From Macrostomum lignano (lineage: Eukaryota), in contig NIVC01000633.1 of the NCBI GenBank assembly GCA_002269645.1, positions 330,394-394,393 on the forward strand: a stretch of 64,000 bases of DNA, in the 5' to 3' direction. Shown in pieces: positions 12,718-24,845 of the stretch. The notes beneath the pieces are model-generated. The model was not told the DNA's origin. It worked only from the letters and a program-made list of their open reading frames with translations, and did no database searches. Position 1 is the first letter of the stretch, and each line of letters begins with the position of its first letter. The translations under genes were made by a program, and so were the position numbers.

Positions 12718-12852
12718 ATGTCTGACAAGCCAAAGCCAAAGGCGCGCAAACCTCAACAACAACAACAACAGCAACAACAACAACAACAGCAACAACAACA
12801 ACAGCAACAACAACAACAGCAACAACAACAACAACAACAACAGCAACAACAA

Positions 12853-12888
<36 letters not shown>

Positions 12889-15800
12889 GCACCAAAACCT
12901 CAACTTAGACAAAAACTACGCCAACCTGCCTCAGCTTCGTCATCTTCAAAGTCCTCATCGTCTCGCAGGCGCGGCGACCAGCAGGCCTTGAATGTGTTCG
13001 CCGAGGAGTTCCAGCCGAAGCCTCAGCAGCACCGAAATTCCGCTACCGCGCACTACACTGGGGCTGGCGCTGGAGGTGGCGGCGGGGTCGCCAAGGTCAG
13101 CGACTTGCTGACGATGGCGCTGCCCAATGGGCAGCTGGTGATTCCCAGGCCGCCGAGTTACGGAGATTCCGGCCAGCAGCAGACGCAACAGAAGGAGCAG
13201 CCATTGAAACGGCAGGCTGTGCAGGTGTGCCTGCAGCTTCCTATGAGCTCTGATTGCTTTTTTGACCTTTAATGTTCTCTAGAAAACCCCGTCTTCCAAG
13301 AATCGGCCACCCACACACCAGGCATCGCTGAGAATCGCCCTCCCTCCCACACATCAGGCATCGCTGAGAATCGTCCACCCTCCCACACACCAGGCATCGC
13401 TGAGAATCGTCCTCCCTCCTACACCAAGCATCGCTGAGAATCGCCCTCCCACACTCCAAGCATCGCTGAGAATCGCCCTCCCTCCCACACTCCAAGCATC
13501 GCTGAGAATCGCCCTCCCTCCCACACTCCAAGCATCGCTGAGAATCGCCCTCCCTCCCACTCCAAGCATCACTAAGAATCTCCCTCCCTTCCACACTCCA
13601 AGCATCGCTGAGAATCGCCCTCCCTCCCACACCAAGCATCGCTGAGAATCGCCCTCCCTCCCACACTCCAAGCATCGCTGAGAATCGCCCTCCCTCCCAC
13701 ACTCCAAGCATCGCTGAGAATCGCCCTCCCTCCCACACTCCAAGCATCGCTGAGAATCGCCCTCCCTCCCACTCCAAGCATCGCTGAGAATCGCCCTCCC
13801 TCCCACACACCAAGCATCGCTGAGAATCGCCCTCCCTCCCACACTCCAAGCATCGCTGAGAATCGCCCTCCCTCCCACACCAAGCATCGCTGAGAATCGC
13901 CCTCCCTCCCACACCAAGCATCGCTGAGAATCGCCCTCCCTCCCACACACCAAGCATCGCTGAGAATCGCCCTCCCTCCCACACTCCAAGCATCGCTGAG
14001 AATCGCCCTCCCTCCCACACCAAGCATCGCTGAGAATCGCCCTCCCTCCCACACACCAAGCATCGCTGAGAATCGCCCTCGCCCAACAGCCCCAGCAGGA
14101 GCCGGCCCGAGTTGCCGAGCAGGCCTTGCCGGAGAACCAGCGCGAGCGGCTCATCCTCCAGCTGAGCAGCAGCAGCTACGAATGCGCCATCTGCTGCCAC
14201 ACGGTCCGCTCCGAGGTGGCCATCTGGTCCTGCGACAGCTGCTACAACATTTTCCACCTGTTCTGCATCAAGAAGTGGTCGCAGTCGGTCACTGGCGCCG
14301 GGGTCGCCGCTGCCGAGGATCTGTTCAGCAAGCGCTGGCGCTGCCCGACCTGTCAGAAAGGCTTTGAGACCAAGTGCGGCTTTCGCTACACCTGCTTCTG
14401 CGGCAAGGCCAAGGATCCAGAGTTCGTGCCCGGCGAGTGCCCGCACACCTGCGGCCAGCTGTGCGGCAAACGGCGAGGCGAGCTGTGCGAGCATCCATGC
14501 AACCTGCCCTGTCACCCAGGACCTTGTCCGCCCTGCCAGGTAAGGCTTATGGAATTTCACTCTGTAGAATCGCCCTCCCACTCTATAGAATCGCCCTCCC
14601 ACTCTATAGAATCGCCCTCCCACTCTATAGAATCGCCCTCCAACTCTATAGAATCGCCCTCCCACTCTATAGAATCGCCCTCCCACTCTATAGAATCGCC
14701 CTCCCACTCTATAGAATCGCCCTCCCACTCTATAGAATCGCCCTCCCACTCTATAGAATCGCCCTCCCACTCTATAGAATCGCCCTCCCACTCTATAGAA
14801 TCGCCCTCCCACTCTATAGAATCGCCCTCCCACTCTATAGAATCGCCCTCCCACTCTATAGAATCGCCCTCCCACTCTATAGAATCGCCCTCCAACTCTG
14901 TAGAATCGCCCTCCAACTCTATAGAATCGCCCTCCCACTCTATAGAATCGCCCTCCCACTCTATAGAATCGCCCTCCCACTCTATAGAATCGCCCTCCAA
15001 CTCTATAGAATCGCCCTCCCACTCTATAGAATCGCCCTCCCACTCTATAGAATCGCCCTCCCACTCTATAGAATCGCCCTCCCACTCTAGAGAATCGCCC
15101 TCCCACTCTAGAGAATCGCCCTCCCGCTCTATAGAGTCGCCCTCCCGCTCTATAGAATCGCCCTCCCGCTCTATAGAATCGCCCTCCCTGTCCCTGCCTC
15201 CTCGCTGGCTCGCGTATTGACCGTTGCCTTGATTTGCGGCAGTGCCTGACCGCCTGCGCCACAACCAGCTCAAACTGAGCTCCCCAGTGCTGCCCCAGTG
15301 CTCATATTTTCATCTCCCCGCGACTCCCCTGCCGCCGTAGGCCTTCGTCACCCGGCGCTGTTACTGCGGCCGCGTTGAGCGCCGTTGCCAGTGCTGCGAG
15401 TCCGTCCGCTGCGGCCAGCCCTGTGACAAGCAGCTGGACTGCGGCCAGCACACCTGCGCCGAGCTCTGCCACCAGGGCGACTGCCCGCCCTGCGACAAAA
15501 TGTTCACAGTGAGTAGCCGGTGGCTGTATTGATTATTCAGTATTGATTCGACATCTGTGTGTGATACCTGTGCAATCTGATATGGTAATGACACCTGTGT
15601 AATCTGATATGGTAATGCCACCTGTGTAATCTGATATGGTAATACCACCTGTGTAATCTGATATGGTAATGACACCTGTGTAATCTGATATGGTAATGAC
15701 ACCTGTGTAATCTGATATGGTAATGACACCTGTGTAATCTGATATGGTAATGCCACCTGTGTAATCTGATATGGTAATGCCACCTGTGTAATCTGATATG

Positions 15801-18800
15801 GTAATGCCACCTGTGTAATCTGATATGGTAATGCCACCTGTGTAATCTGATATGGTAATGCCACCTGTGTAATCTGATATGGTAATGCCACCTGTGTAAT
15901 CTGATATGGTAATGCCACCTGTGTAATCTGATATGGTAATGCCACCTGTGTAATCTGATATGGTAATGCCACCTGTGTAATCTGATATGGGAATGCCACC
16001 TGTGTAATCTAATATGGTAATGCCACCTGTGTAATCTGATATGGGAATGACACCTGTGTAATCTGATATGGTAATGCCACCTGTGTAATCTGATTGGTAA
16101 TGCCACCTGTGTAATCTGATATGGTAATGCCACCTGTGTAATCTGATATGGTAATGCCACCTGTGTAATCTGATATGGTAATGACACCTGTGTAATCTGA
16201 TATGGGAATGACACCTGCGTAATCTGATATGGTAATGACACCTGTGTAATCTAATATGGTAATGCCACCTGTGTAATCTGATATGGTAATGCCACCTGTG
16301 TAATCTGATATGGTAATGACACCTGCGTAATCTGATATGGTAATGAAACCTGTGCAATCTGATATGGTAATGACACCTGTGTAATCTGATATGGTAATGC
16401 CACCTGTGTAATCTGATATGGTAATGACACCTGTGTAATCTGATATGGTAATGACACCTGTGTAATCTGATATGGGAATGCCACCTGTGTAATCTGATAT
16501 GGTAATGCCACCTGTGTAATCTGATATGGTAATGCCACCTGTGTAATCTGATATGGTAATGCCACCTGTGTAATCTGATATGGTAATGCCACCTGTGTAA
16601 TCTGATATGGTAATGCCACCTGTGTAATCTGATATGGTAATGCCACCTGTGTAATCTGATATGGTAATGCCACCTGTGTAATCTGATATGGTAATGCCAC
16701 CTGTGTAATCTGATATGGTAATGCCACCTGTGTAATCTGATATGGTAATGACACCTGTGTAATCTAATATGGGAATGCCACCTGTGTAATCTGATATGGT
16801 AATGACACCTGTGTAATCTGATATGGTAATGACACCTGTGTAATCTGATATGGTAATGCCACCTGTGTAATCTGATATGGTAATGACACCTGTGCAATCT
16901 GATATGGTAATGACACCTGTGTAATCTGATATGGGAATCTAATATAGTAGAAAAATCCTGTTTTAAGATTTATTTTTTAATCGGTCTAGTCTGCCTAATC
17001 CTTTATTGATAAATTTGGCAATAAGAAAACCGCATTGCACTACTCGCAGTAGTGCAAGCAGCACATTCGCTGTATTTCAAAATTTCATAATTTTACTTGG
17101 CGCAGGTGACCTGCCACTGCGGCAAGTCAGAGGCCACGCAGCGCCCTTGCGCCGATTACCACCGCCGGGGCGGCGCCACCTTCGCCTGCCAGCGCGTCTG
17201 CGGCCGCCAGCTGGGCTGCGGCCTGCACACCTGCCAGCTCACCTGCCATCCTGGTGCCTGCACCGCCTGTCCCAGATCGCCGGAACTGGCCGGAACCTGC
17301 CCTTGCGGCCGGGCCACCCTCATGAGCCTCACCGGCTTGGCGGACGGTGGCCGGAAACTGTGCACCGACCCGCTGCCCGCCTGCGAGGCCACCTGCGGCC
17401 GCGTGCTGCACTGCGACCCGCAGCACTCCTGTCTGGCCACCTGCCACGATGGCGACTGCCCGACATGCCAGCTCAGCACCTCCGTCACCTGCCGCTGCGG
17501 CCGCTTAACCAAGGAGGTGCCGTGCGTTGAGGCCACCACCAAGTATAGAGGGCCGCACGCTGACACCCTGCTGTGCCAGCGGCGGTGCAAAAAGATGCGG
17601 CTATGTGGGGTTCACAGGTGAGCGGGTGGGGTGACTGGGTCTTGGGGCGAGTTTGTCGGTTGCTGGGGTCATTGGAGTGAGTGTGTCGGTGGCTGGGGTC
17701 ATTGGAGTGAGTGTGTCGGTGGCTTGGGTCATTGGAGTGAGTGTGTCGGTGGCTTGGGTCATTGGAGTGAGTGTGTCGGTGGCTGGGGTCTTTGGAGTGA
17801 GTGTGTCGGTGGCTTGGGTCATTGGAGTGAGTGTGTCGGTGGCTGGGGTCATTGGAGTGAGTGTGTCGGTGCCTAGGGTCATTGGAGTGAGTGCGTCGGT
17901 GGCTGGGGTCATTGGAGTGAGTGTGTCGGTGGCTAGGGTCATTGGGGTGAGTTTGTGGGTTACTGGGGTCATTGGGATGAATTTGTGGGTTACTGGGGTC
18001 ATAGGGATGAATTTGTGGGTGACAGGTCATTGGGGTGAGTTTAGAGTAAATGGGGTCATTGGGAGTGAGTTTGTGGGTGGCTGGGGTCATTGGAGTGAGT
18101 TTGTGGGTGGCTGGGGTCATTGGGTGAGTTTTGAGTAGATAGGGTCGTTGGGGTGAGTTTGGAGTAGATAGGGTCATTGGGATGCATTTAGAGTAGATGG
18201 CGTCATTGGGGTCAGTTTGGAGTAGATGGCGTCATTGGAGTGAGTTTGAAGTAGATGGGGCCATGGGGGTGAGTTTGGACTAGATGGGGTCATTGAGGCG
18301 AATTAGAATGGCTGGGGTCATTTTTCGCGGCAGGGGTACCTCTGAGTCGTCTAGCGTCACTTCTTTCCTATTTTAACCTTGGTTACCTGCAACCAGCGAC
18401 TCTGGGAGGACACATCTAGGCCTACGTGCCGTTTTTATCGGGCGGTCATTAAGGATGATTCCTGGGAAGCACAGGTAAAAGAGACCGATTCCTGGGGGGG
18501 GTGCACAGGTGATAGAGACCGATTCCTGGGGATGCACAGGTGATAGAGACCGATTCCTGGGGATGCACAGGTGATAGAGACCGATTCCTGGGGATGCACA
18601 GGTGATAGAGACCGATTCCTGGAGGGTGCACAGGTGATAGAGACCGATTCCTGGGGATGCACAGGTGATAGAGACCGATTCCTGGGGGGTGCACAGGTGA
18701 TAGAGACCGATTCCTGGGGGATGCACAGGTGATGGAGAGCAACGACAGATAGACCATCCACCTGCCCCCTCCCCCACCCCACAGATGCGGCGAGCTCTGC

Positions 18801-21770
18801 TGCATCCAGCAGGACCATCCGTGTCCGCAGACCTGCTCAAAGCCGCTGCCATGCGGACTCCACCAGTGCGAGGAGCCGTGCCACCTGGGCCGCTGCCCGC
18901 CCTGCCCCCGCATCCTGCTCAGCCCAGTGTCCTGCCTGTGCGGTGCTCAGGCCATCCAGCCTCCCGTGCCCTGCGGTGCCCGGCCGCCCGACTGCGGCTT
19001 CCAGTGCCCGCTGCAGCGGCCTTGCGGCCACCCCAGTCTGCACGAGTGCCACCTGGCTGGCGAGCCCTGCCCGCCCTGCGCCTACCTGATCTCCAAGCGG
19101 TGCCAGTGCGGCCGCTCTCTGCGCCAGAACGTACCCTGCCACCAGACCGCCGTCAGCTGCGGCATCCAGTGCGGCCGCTCGCTGCCCTGCGGCCACCGCT
19201 GCGCCCTGCTGTGCCACTCCGGCGACTGCGAGGCCGCCGCCGAGAGGCAGCAGCAGCCGGCCTGCAAGCAGCCGTGCCGGCAGGCCCGTCAGGACTGCGG
19301 CCACCCCTGCATGCTGCCCTGCCACCATCCGGAGCCATGCAAGCAGCCGCCGCCATGCCAGGAGCCCGTCACGCTACGCTGTCCCTGCTCTCGCCGAATC
19401 CAGGAGGTGCCGTGCCACCTCACCGCTCAGATGGGCAATGCAGGCTTGCATCTGACGGTGGCTCTGGGCGGCGAGATGGACCTGCAGGTGAGCTGCTCTG
19501 GGGCTTGCGAGTTTCCAGGGACGCCCTTGTCTGTCAGCATTATCTCTAGTATATTTTTCCTAGGGACCCAAGTTGTCCTACTCTAGGTTGCCAAATAGTC
19601 CAAACTATATCCCATATACCATTTTTGCAGCCCATCCCCATCAATCCCACCCCATCCCCTTCATCTCACCCCATGCCCTTCATCCCACCCCATGCCCTTC
19701 ATCCCACCCCATCCCCTTCATCCCACCCCATCAATCCCATCCCCATCATCCCACCACATCAATCCCATCCCCATCATCCCACCGCACCAATCCCATCCCC
19801 ATCATCCCACCCCATCCCCTTCATCTCACACCATCCCCATCAATCCCATCCCCATCATCCCACCACACCAATCCCATCATCTCACCCCATCCCCAACATC
19901 TCAGCCCATCTACATCAATCCCATCCACATCATCCCACCACATCAATCCCATCCCCATCATCCCACCACATCAATCCCATCCCCATCATCCCACCCCATC
20001 ATCCCACCGCACCAATCTCATCCCCATCATCCCACCACATCAATCCCATCCCCATCATCTCACCCCATCCCCATCATCTCAGCCCATCCCCATCAATCCC
20101 ATCCCCATCATCCCACCACATCAATCCCATCCCCATCATCCCACCACACCAATCCCATCCCCATCATCCCACCACACCAATCCCATCCCCATCAATCATC
20201 CCACCACACCAATCCCATCCCCATCATCCCACCACACCAATCCCATCCCCATCATCCCACCACACCAATCCCATCCCCATCATCCCACCACACCAATCCC
20301 ATCCCCATCATCCCACCACACCAATCCCATCCCCATCATCCCACCCCATCAATGCCATCATCATCATATCATCAACCCCACCCCATCATCCCAATCGCCC
20401 CAGCCCCATCTAATATCTTTTACCGACACCTCCAACGCCAGGCTTATCGCGAGCTGCAGACCCGCGGCAGCCTTCAGTGCGACGCCCAGTGCCAGTTGGA
20501 GAAGCGCAACCGTCAGCTGGCCGAAGCTCTGGGCGTCGAAACCGACTCCAACGGGTCGACGGCAGCGGCAGCTGGCGGCGGCGCCGTGAACCTGGCTCCG
20601 GTGTACGCCAGGACGCTGCTGGACCTGTGGAAGGCCTATCCGTCCTTCGCCGCTATGGTGGAGTCCCGCCTTGACGAGACCTGCTCCGCGGTGGTGTCCG
20701 GCCGGAGCCAGAGCCGCAGCACCCAGTTCCAGGCGCCCAACAGGGACGGGAGAAAGTTTATCTACGAGCTGGCCGAGGTGTACGGCTGCGAGGTTCAGGT
20801 AGGGATATGTACGGGTATTAGCAGTGCATAGGGTCAGGGGTCATCCGGACGAGGGGCCATGCCAGGGGTCGGAGAGGCGCTTTATCAGGTCTCATTGTCA
20901 GTTGTCCTGTCAGTTTATAAAGCTAGGGGGTCACGCCAGGTCGCAGAGCAGGGTGAGGTCACGCCAGGTCGCAGAGCAGGGTGAGGTCACGCCGGGTCGC
21001 AGAGCAGGGTGAGGTCACGCCGGGTCGCAGAGCAGGGTGAGGTCACGCCGGGTCGCAGAGCAGGGTGAGGTCACGCCGGGTCGCAGAGCAGGGTGAGGTC
21101 ACGCCAGGTCGCAGAGCAGGGTGAGGTCACGCCGGGTCGCAGAGCAGGGTGAGGTCACGCCGGGTCGCAGAGCAGGGTGAGGTCACGCCGGGTCGCAGAG
21201 CAGGGTGAGGTCACGCCGGGTCGCAGAGCAGGGTGAGGTCACGCCGGGTCGCAGAGCAGGGTGAGGTCACGCCGGGTCGCAGAGCAGGGTGAAGTCACGC
21301 CAGGTCGCAGAGCAGGGTGAGGTCACGCCGGGTCGCAGAGCAGGGTGAGGTCACGCCAGGTCGCAGAGCAGGGTGAGGTCACGCCAGGTCAATCAGCTAA
21401 ATCACTGATCCGTTCCGCCCAGGTGACGGGCGCCGGCTCGGACGCCAGCCGGACGGTGACGGTCACGGCGAAGCGCGGCCGGGCCCGCCTGCCGGACCGG
21501 AAGCTGTCGGCCGAAGCGCAGCGCCTATTCGGCATCGGCGGCCTTCAGCAGCAGTCGGGCCAGCATCGTCTGCTGCCGCGGGCCGTCCAGTCGTGGAGCT
21601 CCGGGCTGGCAGTCACGGCCAGCAGCTCCCAGCTGACCACTCTGGGCCGGGTTGCCACCGCCTACTCCCGCCTGCCCGACCAGATGGACTCCATGGAGTT
21701 GGGCGGCAGCGGCGGGGCTGCCGGCAGCTCAGCAACTCGGATTGATTATTTTGACTTCACCGAGTCCTAG
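12718..21770 (+). CDS. NFX1: NFX1-type zinc-finger / RING protein (NF-X1, shuttle craft orthologue), 7 exons, about 1014 aa
   Basis: Exons 12718-13224, 14090-14539, 15341-15508, 17106-17617, 18785-19487, 20442-20798, 21423-21770. All introns are GT-AG, phases are consistent and the total is 3045 nt. PAM2 motif LNVFAEEFQP, C4HC3 RING (CAICC...CDSC...HLFC...WRCPTC), repeated NF-X1 Cys/His fingers (e.g. CGQHTCAELCHQGDCPPC), LQCDAQC..EKRNRQLAEALG and an R3H-like domain. The start codon and exon 2 acceptor are less certain. Confidence 0.93.
12754..12888 (+). repeat. (CAA/CAG)n tract encoding Q33-K-Q11 in predicted NFX1 exon 1
   Basis: Counted directly from the sequence; mostly CAA codons. Confidence 0.9.
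13312..14080. repeat. 34/36-bp minisatellite in NFX1 intron 1
   Basis: Unit GCATCGCTGAGAATCGCCCTCCCTCCCACACTCCAA. Confidence 0.96.
14559..15188. repeat. 21-bp minisatellite in NFX1 intron 2
   Basis: Unit ACTCTATAGAATCGCCCTCCC, about 30 copies. Confidence 0.97.
15575..16936. repeat. 27-bp minisatellite in NFX1 intron 3
   Basis: Unit ATG(C/A)CACCTGTGTAATCTGATATGGTA, about 50 copies. Confidence 0.97.
17618..18320. repeat. 30-bp G-rich minisatellite at the 5' end of NFX1 intron 4
   Basis: Unit GTGAGTGTGTCGGTGGCTGGGGTCATTGGA, decaying toward the 3' end. Confidence 0.93.
18465..18735. repeat. About 31-bp minisatellite at the 3' end of NFX1 intron 4
   Basis: Unit GAGACCGATTCCTGGGGATGCACAGGTGATA. 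Confidence 0.93.
19630..20410. repeat. Degenerate C/A-rich repeat (CCCAT/CCCCATCAT) in NFX1 intron 5
   Basis: Visible; the + strand is almost G-free. Confidence 0.93.
20930..21390. repeat. 28-bp minisatellite in NFX1 intron 6
   Basis: Unit GTCACGCC(A/G)GGTCGCAGAGCAGGGTGAG. Confidence 0.96.
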
Positions 21771-21911
21771 GGCTAGCTTAGCTACTCATAGTGCTGCTGT
21801 CTAATTACTAGCAAAACTGAATGCGCAGTCCGCTGCCGCCGTGATTTTTATTTCTTGGATTTTTTTTCCTTCATCTTCGTCTTCCAATCGACTGCAGTCT
21901 CCATCGGCTTC

Positions 21912-22090
21912 ATTCTCCTCTGTTCCTGCTCTCCTTGAAGCTTTCTTTTCCATGAACACTGCGGTTCCATTCTCCTCTGTTCCTGCTCTCCTTGAATCTT
22001 TCTTTTCCATGAACACTGCGGTTCCATTCTCCTCTGTTCCTGCTCTCCTTGAAGCTTTCTTTTCCATGAACACTGCGGTTCCATTCTCTT
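21912..22090. repeat. 57-bp tandem repeat, about 3 copies, downstream of the NFX1 stop
   Basis: ATTCTCCTCTGTTCCTGCTCTCCTTGAAGCTTTCTTTTCCATGAACACTGCGGTTCC repeated. Confidence 0.9.
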
Positions 22091-22221
22091 CCTGGTGACG
22101 GGTCTGTGGCCTTGAGGCCTGAGCATAGCTTAGCATGCGTAATGAGAAATATTGAATAGCTCAGCTTTCATTTAGACTTGCTGAGTCATTTATAGAGTAT
22201 TTTTAAAGCCTGATTTCTTGA

Positions 22222-22697
22222 TTCGATTGATTGATCGATTGATCCGGCCTGATTGGTTGATCCGGCCCGATTGATTGATTTATTGATTGATTGATCCAGC
22301 CCGGTTTATTGATTGATTGATTGATCCAACCCGATTGATTGATCCGGCCCGATTGATTGATTGATCCGGCTCGGTTAATTGATTGATTGATTGATTGATC
22401 CGGCCCGATTGATTGATTGATCCGGCTCGGTTAATTGATTGATTGATCCGGCCCGATTGATTGATTGATTGATCCGGCCTGATTGATTGATTTATTGATT
22501 GATTGATCCGGTCCGGTTTATTGATTGATTGATTGATTGATCTAACCCAATTGATTGATTCGGCCTGATTGATTGATTGATTGATCCGGCCCTATTGATT
22601 GATTGATTGATCGAACCCGATTGATTGATTCGGCCTGATTGATTGATTGATTGATCCGGCTCGGTTAATTGATTGATTGATTGATCCGACTCGGTTA

Positions 22698-22735
<38 letters not shown>

Positions 22736-22905
22736 CCGGCCCGATTGATTGATTGATCCGGCTCGGTTAATTGATTGATTGATTGATCCGGCTCGGTTAA
22801 TTGATTGATTGATTGATCCGGCCCGATTGATTGATTGATCCGACTCGGTTAATTGATTGATTGATTGATCCGGCCCGATTGATTGATCCGGCTCGGTTGA
22901 TTGAT
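22222..22905. repeat. (GATT)n microsatellite interspersed with CCGGCCC/CCGGCTCGG
   Basis: Visible tandem structure. Confidence 0.95.
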
Positions 22906-23514
22906 TAGCTGATAACTTGAACCTGCTCCCATACCATCAACACAAACTCTGTCTGCATTCGCCTAAAGCTCGCAACTGCGTTCCTTATCTGCGCCAATTA
23001 GCAATTTTTATCATTTCGTTCCTGTCGTCTTAATAATAATGCTGTTCGCAAATCTGAGAAAAATACTTTAAAATATTAGCTGGACTGTCAACTTGCTTAT
23101 CTGGCATTAATTTATTTAATCCGTGTGACGCCCGTGTCTGCAGCTGCGCCTCTTGCATAAAGTGCACAGTAAAAGTACATTTGCTACTTCTATAATTTAA
23201 CTTTCGGAGGCGCCTCCCATTGTGCCCAGCTTGTCGCTCTGGGCTTCGCCGATGAAAATCCTGAGTAAATTGGCTTCTTGAGTTCTCGCGTGCTCACTGC
23301 TGCCTCGCGTGCCATTCTGAGCACTCGCCGTGCTCTCCACACTTGTACGGGCCTCAACGAGCCCCAGCCTCTGTCCATATCGTTCCCAGTCAGTCCCAGT
23401 CTCCCTGCTGAACTCTGCCATCAAATTTAATTGCCATGCTGTGGCACCCGACTTCAGGATTTGGCAGATTGTCTGAGTCCTTAATTTCAATTATCACTTA
23501 TCTGTGGAATTACC

Positions 23515-24845
23515 TATCTCAATACTCCCAACCTTCATACCCCTAATCTCAAAAATCCCCTACCTTCAAAACCCTAATCTCAATACTCCCCAACTTTCAT
23601 ACCCCCAATCTCAATAATCCCCAACCTTCATACCCCAATCTCAATAATCCCCAACCTTCACACCCCAATCTCAATACTCCCCAACTTTCATACCCCCAAT
23701 CTCAATACTCCCCAACTTTCATACCCCAATCTCAATACTCCCCAACTTTCATACCCCCAATCTCAATAATCCCCAACCTTCACACCCCAATCTCAATAAT
23801 CCCTAACCTTCACACCCCAATCTCAATAATCCCCAACCTTCACACCCCAATCTCAGTAATCTCCAACCTTCACAACCCCAATCTCAATAATCCCCAACCT
23901 TCACACCCCAATCTCAAAAATCCCCTACCTTCACAACCCCAATCTCGATAATCCCCTGCCTTCACAACCCCAATCTCGATAATCCACTGTCTTCAAAACC
24001 CCAATCTCAGTAATCCCTACTAATCCCCTGCCTTCACAACCCCAATCTCAATAATCCCCAACCTTCACAACCCCAATCTCAACCATCCCCTGCCTTCACA
24101 ACCCCATGTCGATAATCCCCTGTCTTCACAACCCCAATCTCGATCATCCCCTGCCTTCACAACCCCAATCTCAATAATCCCTAACTTTCACAACCCCAAT
24201 CTCAATTATCCCAAACCTTCACAACCCCAATCTCAACCATCCCCAACCTTCACAACCCCAATATCAACCATCCCCTGTCTTCACAACCCCAATCTCGATC
24301 ATCCCCTGCCTTCACAACCCCAATCTCGAGCATCCCCTGCCTTCACAACCCCAATCTCGAGCATCCCCTGCCTTCACAACCCCAATATCAACCATCCCCT
24401 GTCTTTACAACCCCAATCTCGATCATCCCCTGCCTTCACAACCCCAATCTCGATCATCCCCTGCCTTCACAACCCCAATCTCGATCATCCCCTGCCTTCA
24501 CAACCCCAATCTCGAGCATCCCCTGCCTTCACAACCCTAATATCAACCATCCCCTGTCTTTACAACCCCAATCTCGAGCATCCCCTGCCTTCACAACCCC
24601 AATCTCAATCATCCCCTGCCTTCACAACCCCAATCTCAATCATCCCCTGTCTTTACAACCCCAATCTCAATCATCCCCTGTCTTTACAACCCCAATCTCA
24701 ATCATCCCCTGTCTTTACAACCCCAATCTCGATCATCCCCTGTCTTTACAACCCCAATCTCGATCATCCCCTGTCTTTACAACCCCAATCTCAATCATCC
24801 CCTGTCTTTACAACCCCAATCTCAATCATCCCCAAGCTTCACAAC
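23515..24845. repeat. About 30-32 bp C-rich minisatellite with polarized unit variants
   Basis: Unit CCCCAATCTCAATAATCCCCAACCTTCACAA drifting to ...GATCATCCCCTG(C/T)CTT. Confidence 0.95.

Noticed and set aside
13241-16897. Long minus-strand ORFs over the NFX1 intron arrays (673, 454, 266 aa and others)
   Set aside because: Repeat translations antisense to a well-supported gene.
19573-20441. His/Pro-rich ORFs leading into NFX1 exon 6
   Set aside because: They lie in the CCCAT repeat between a good donor (19488) and acceptor (20441) of matching phase; intronic.
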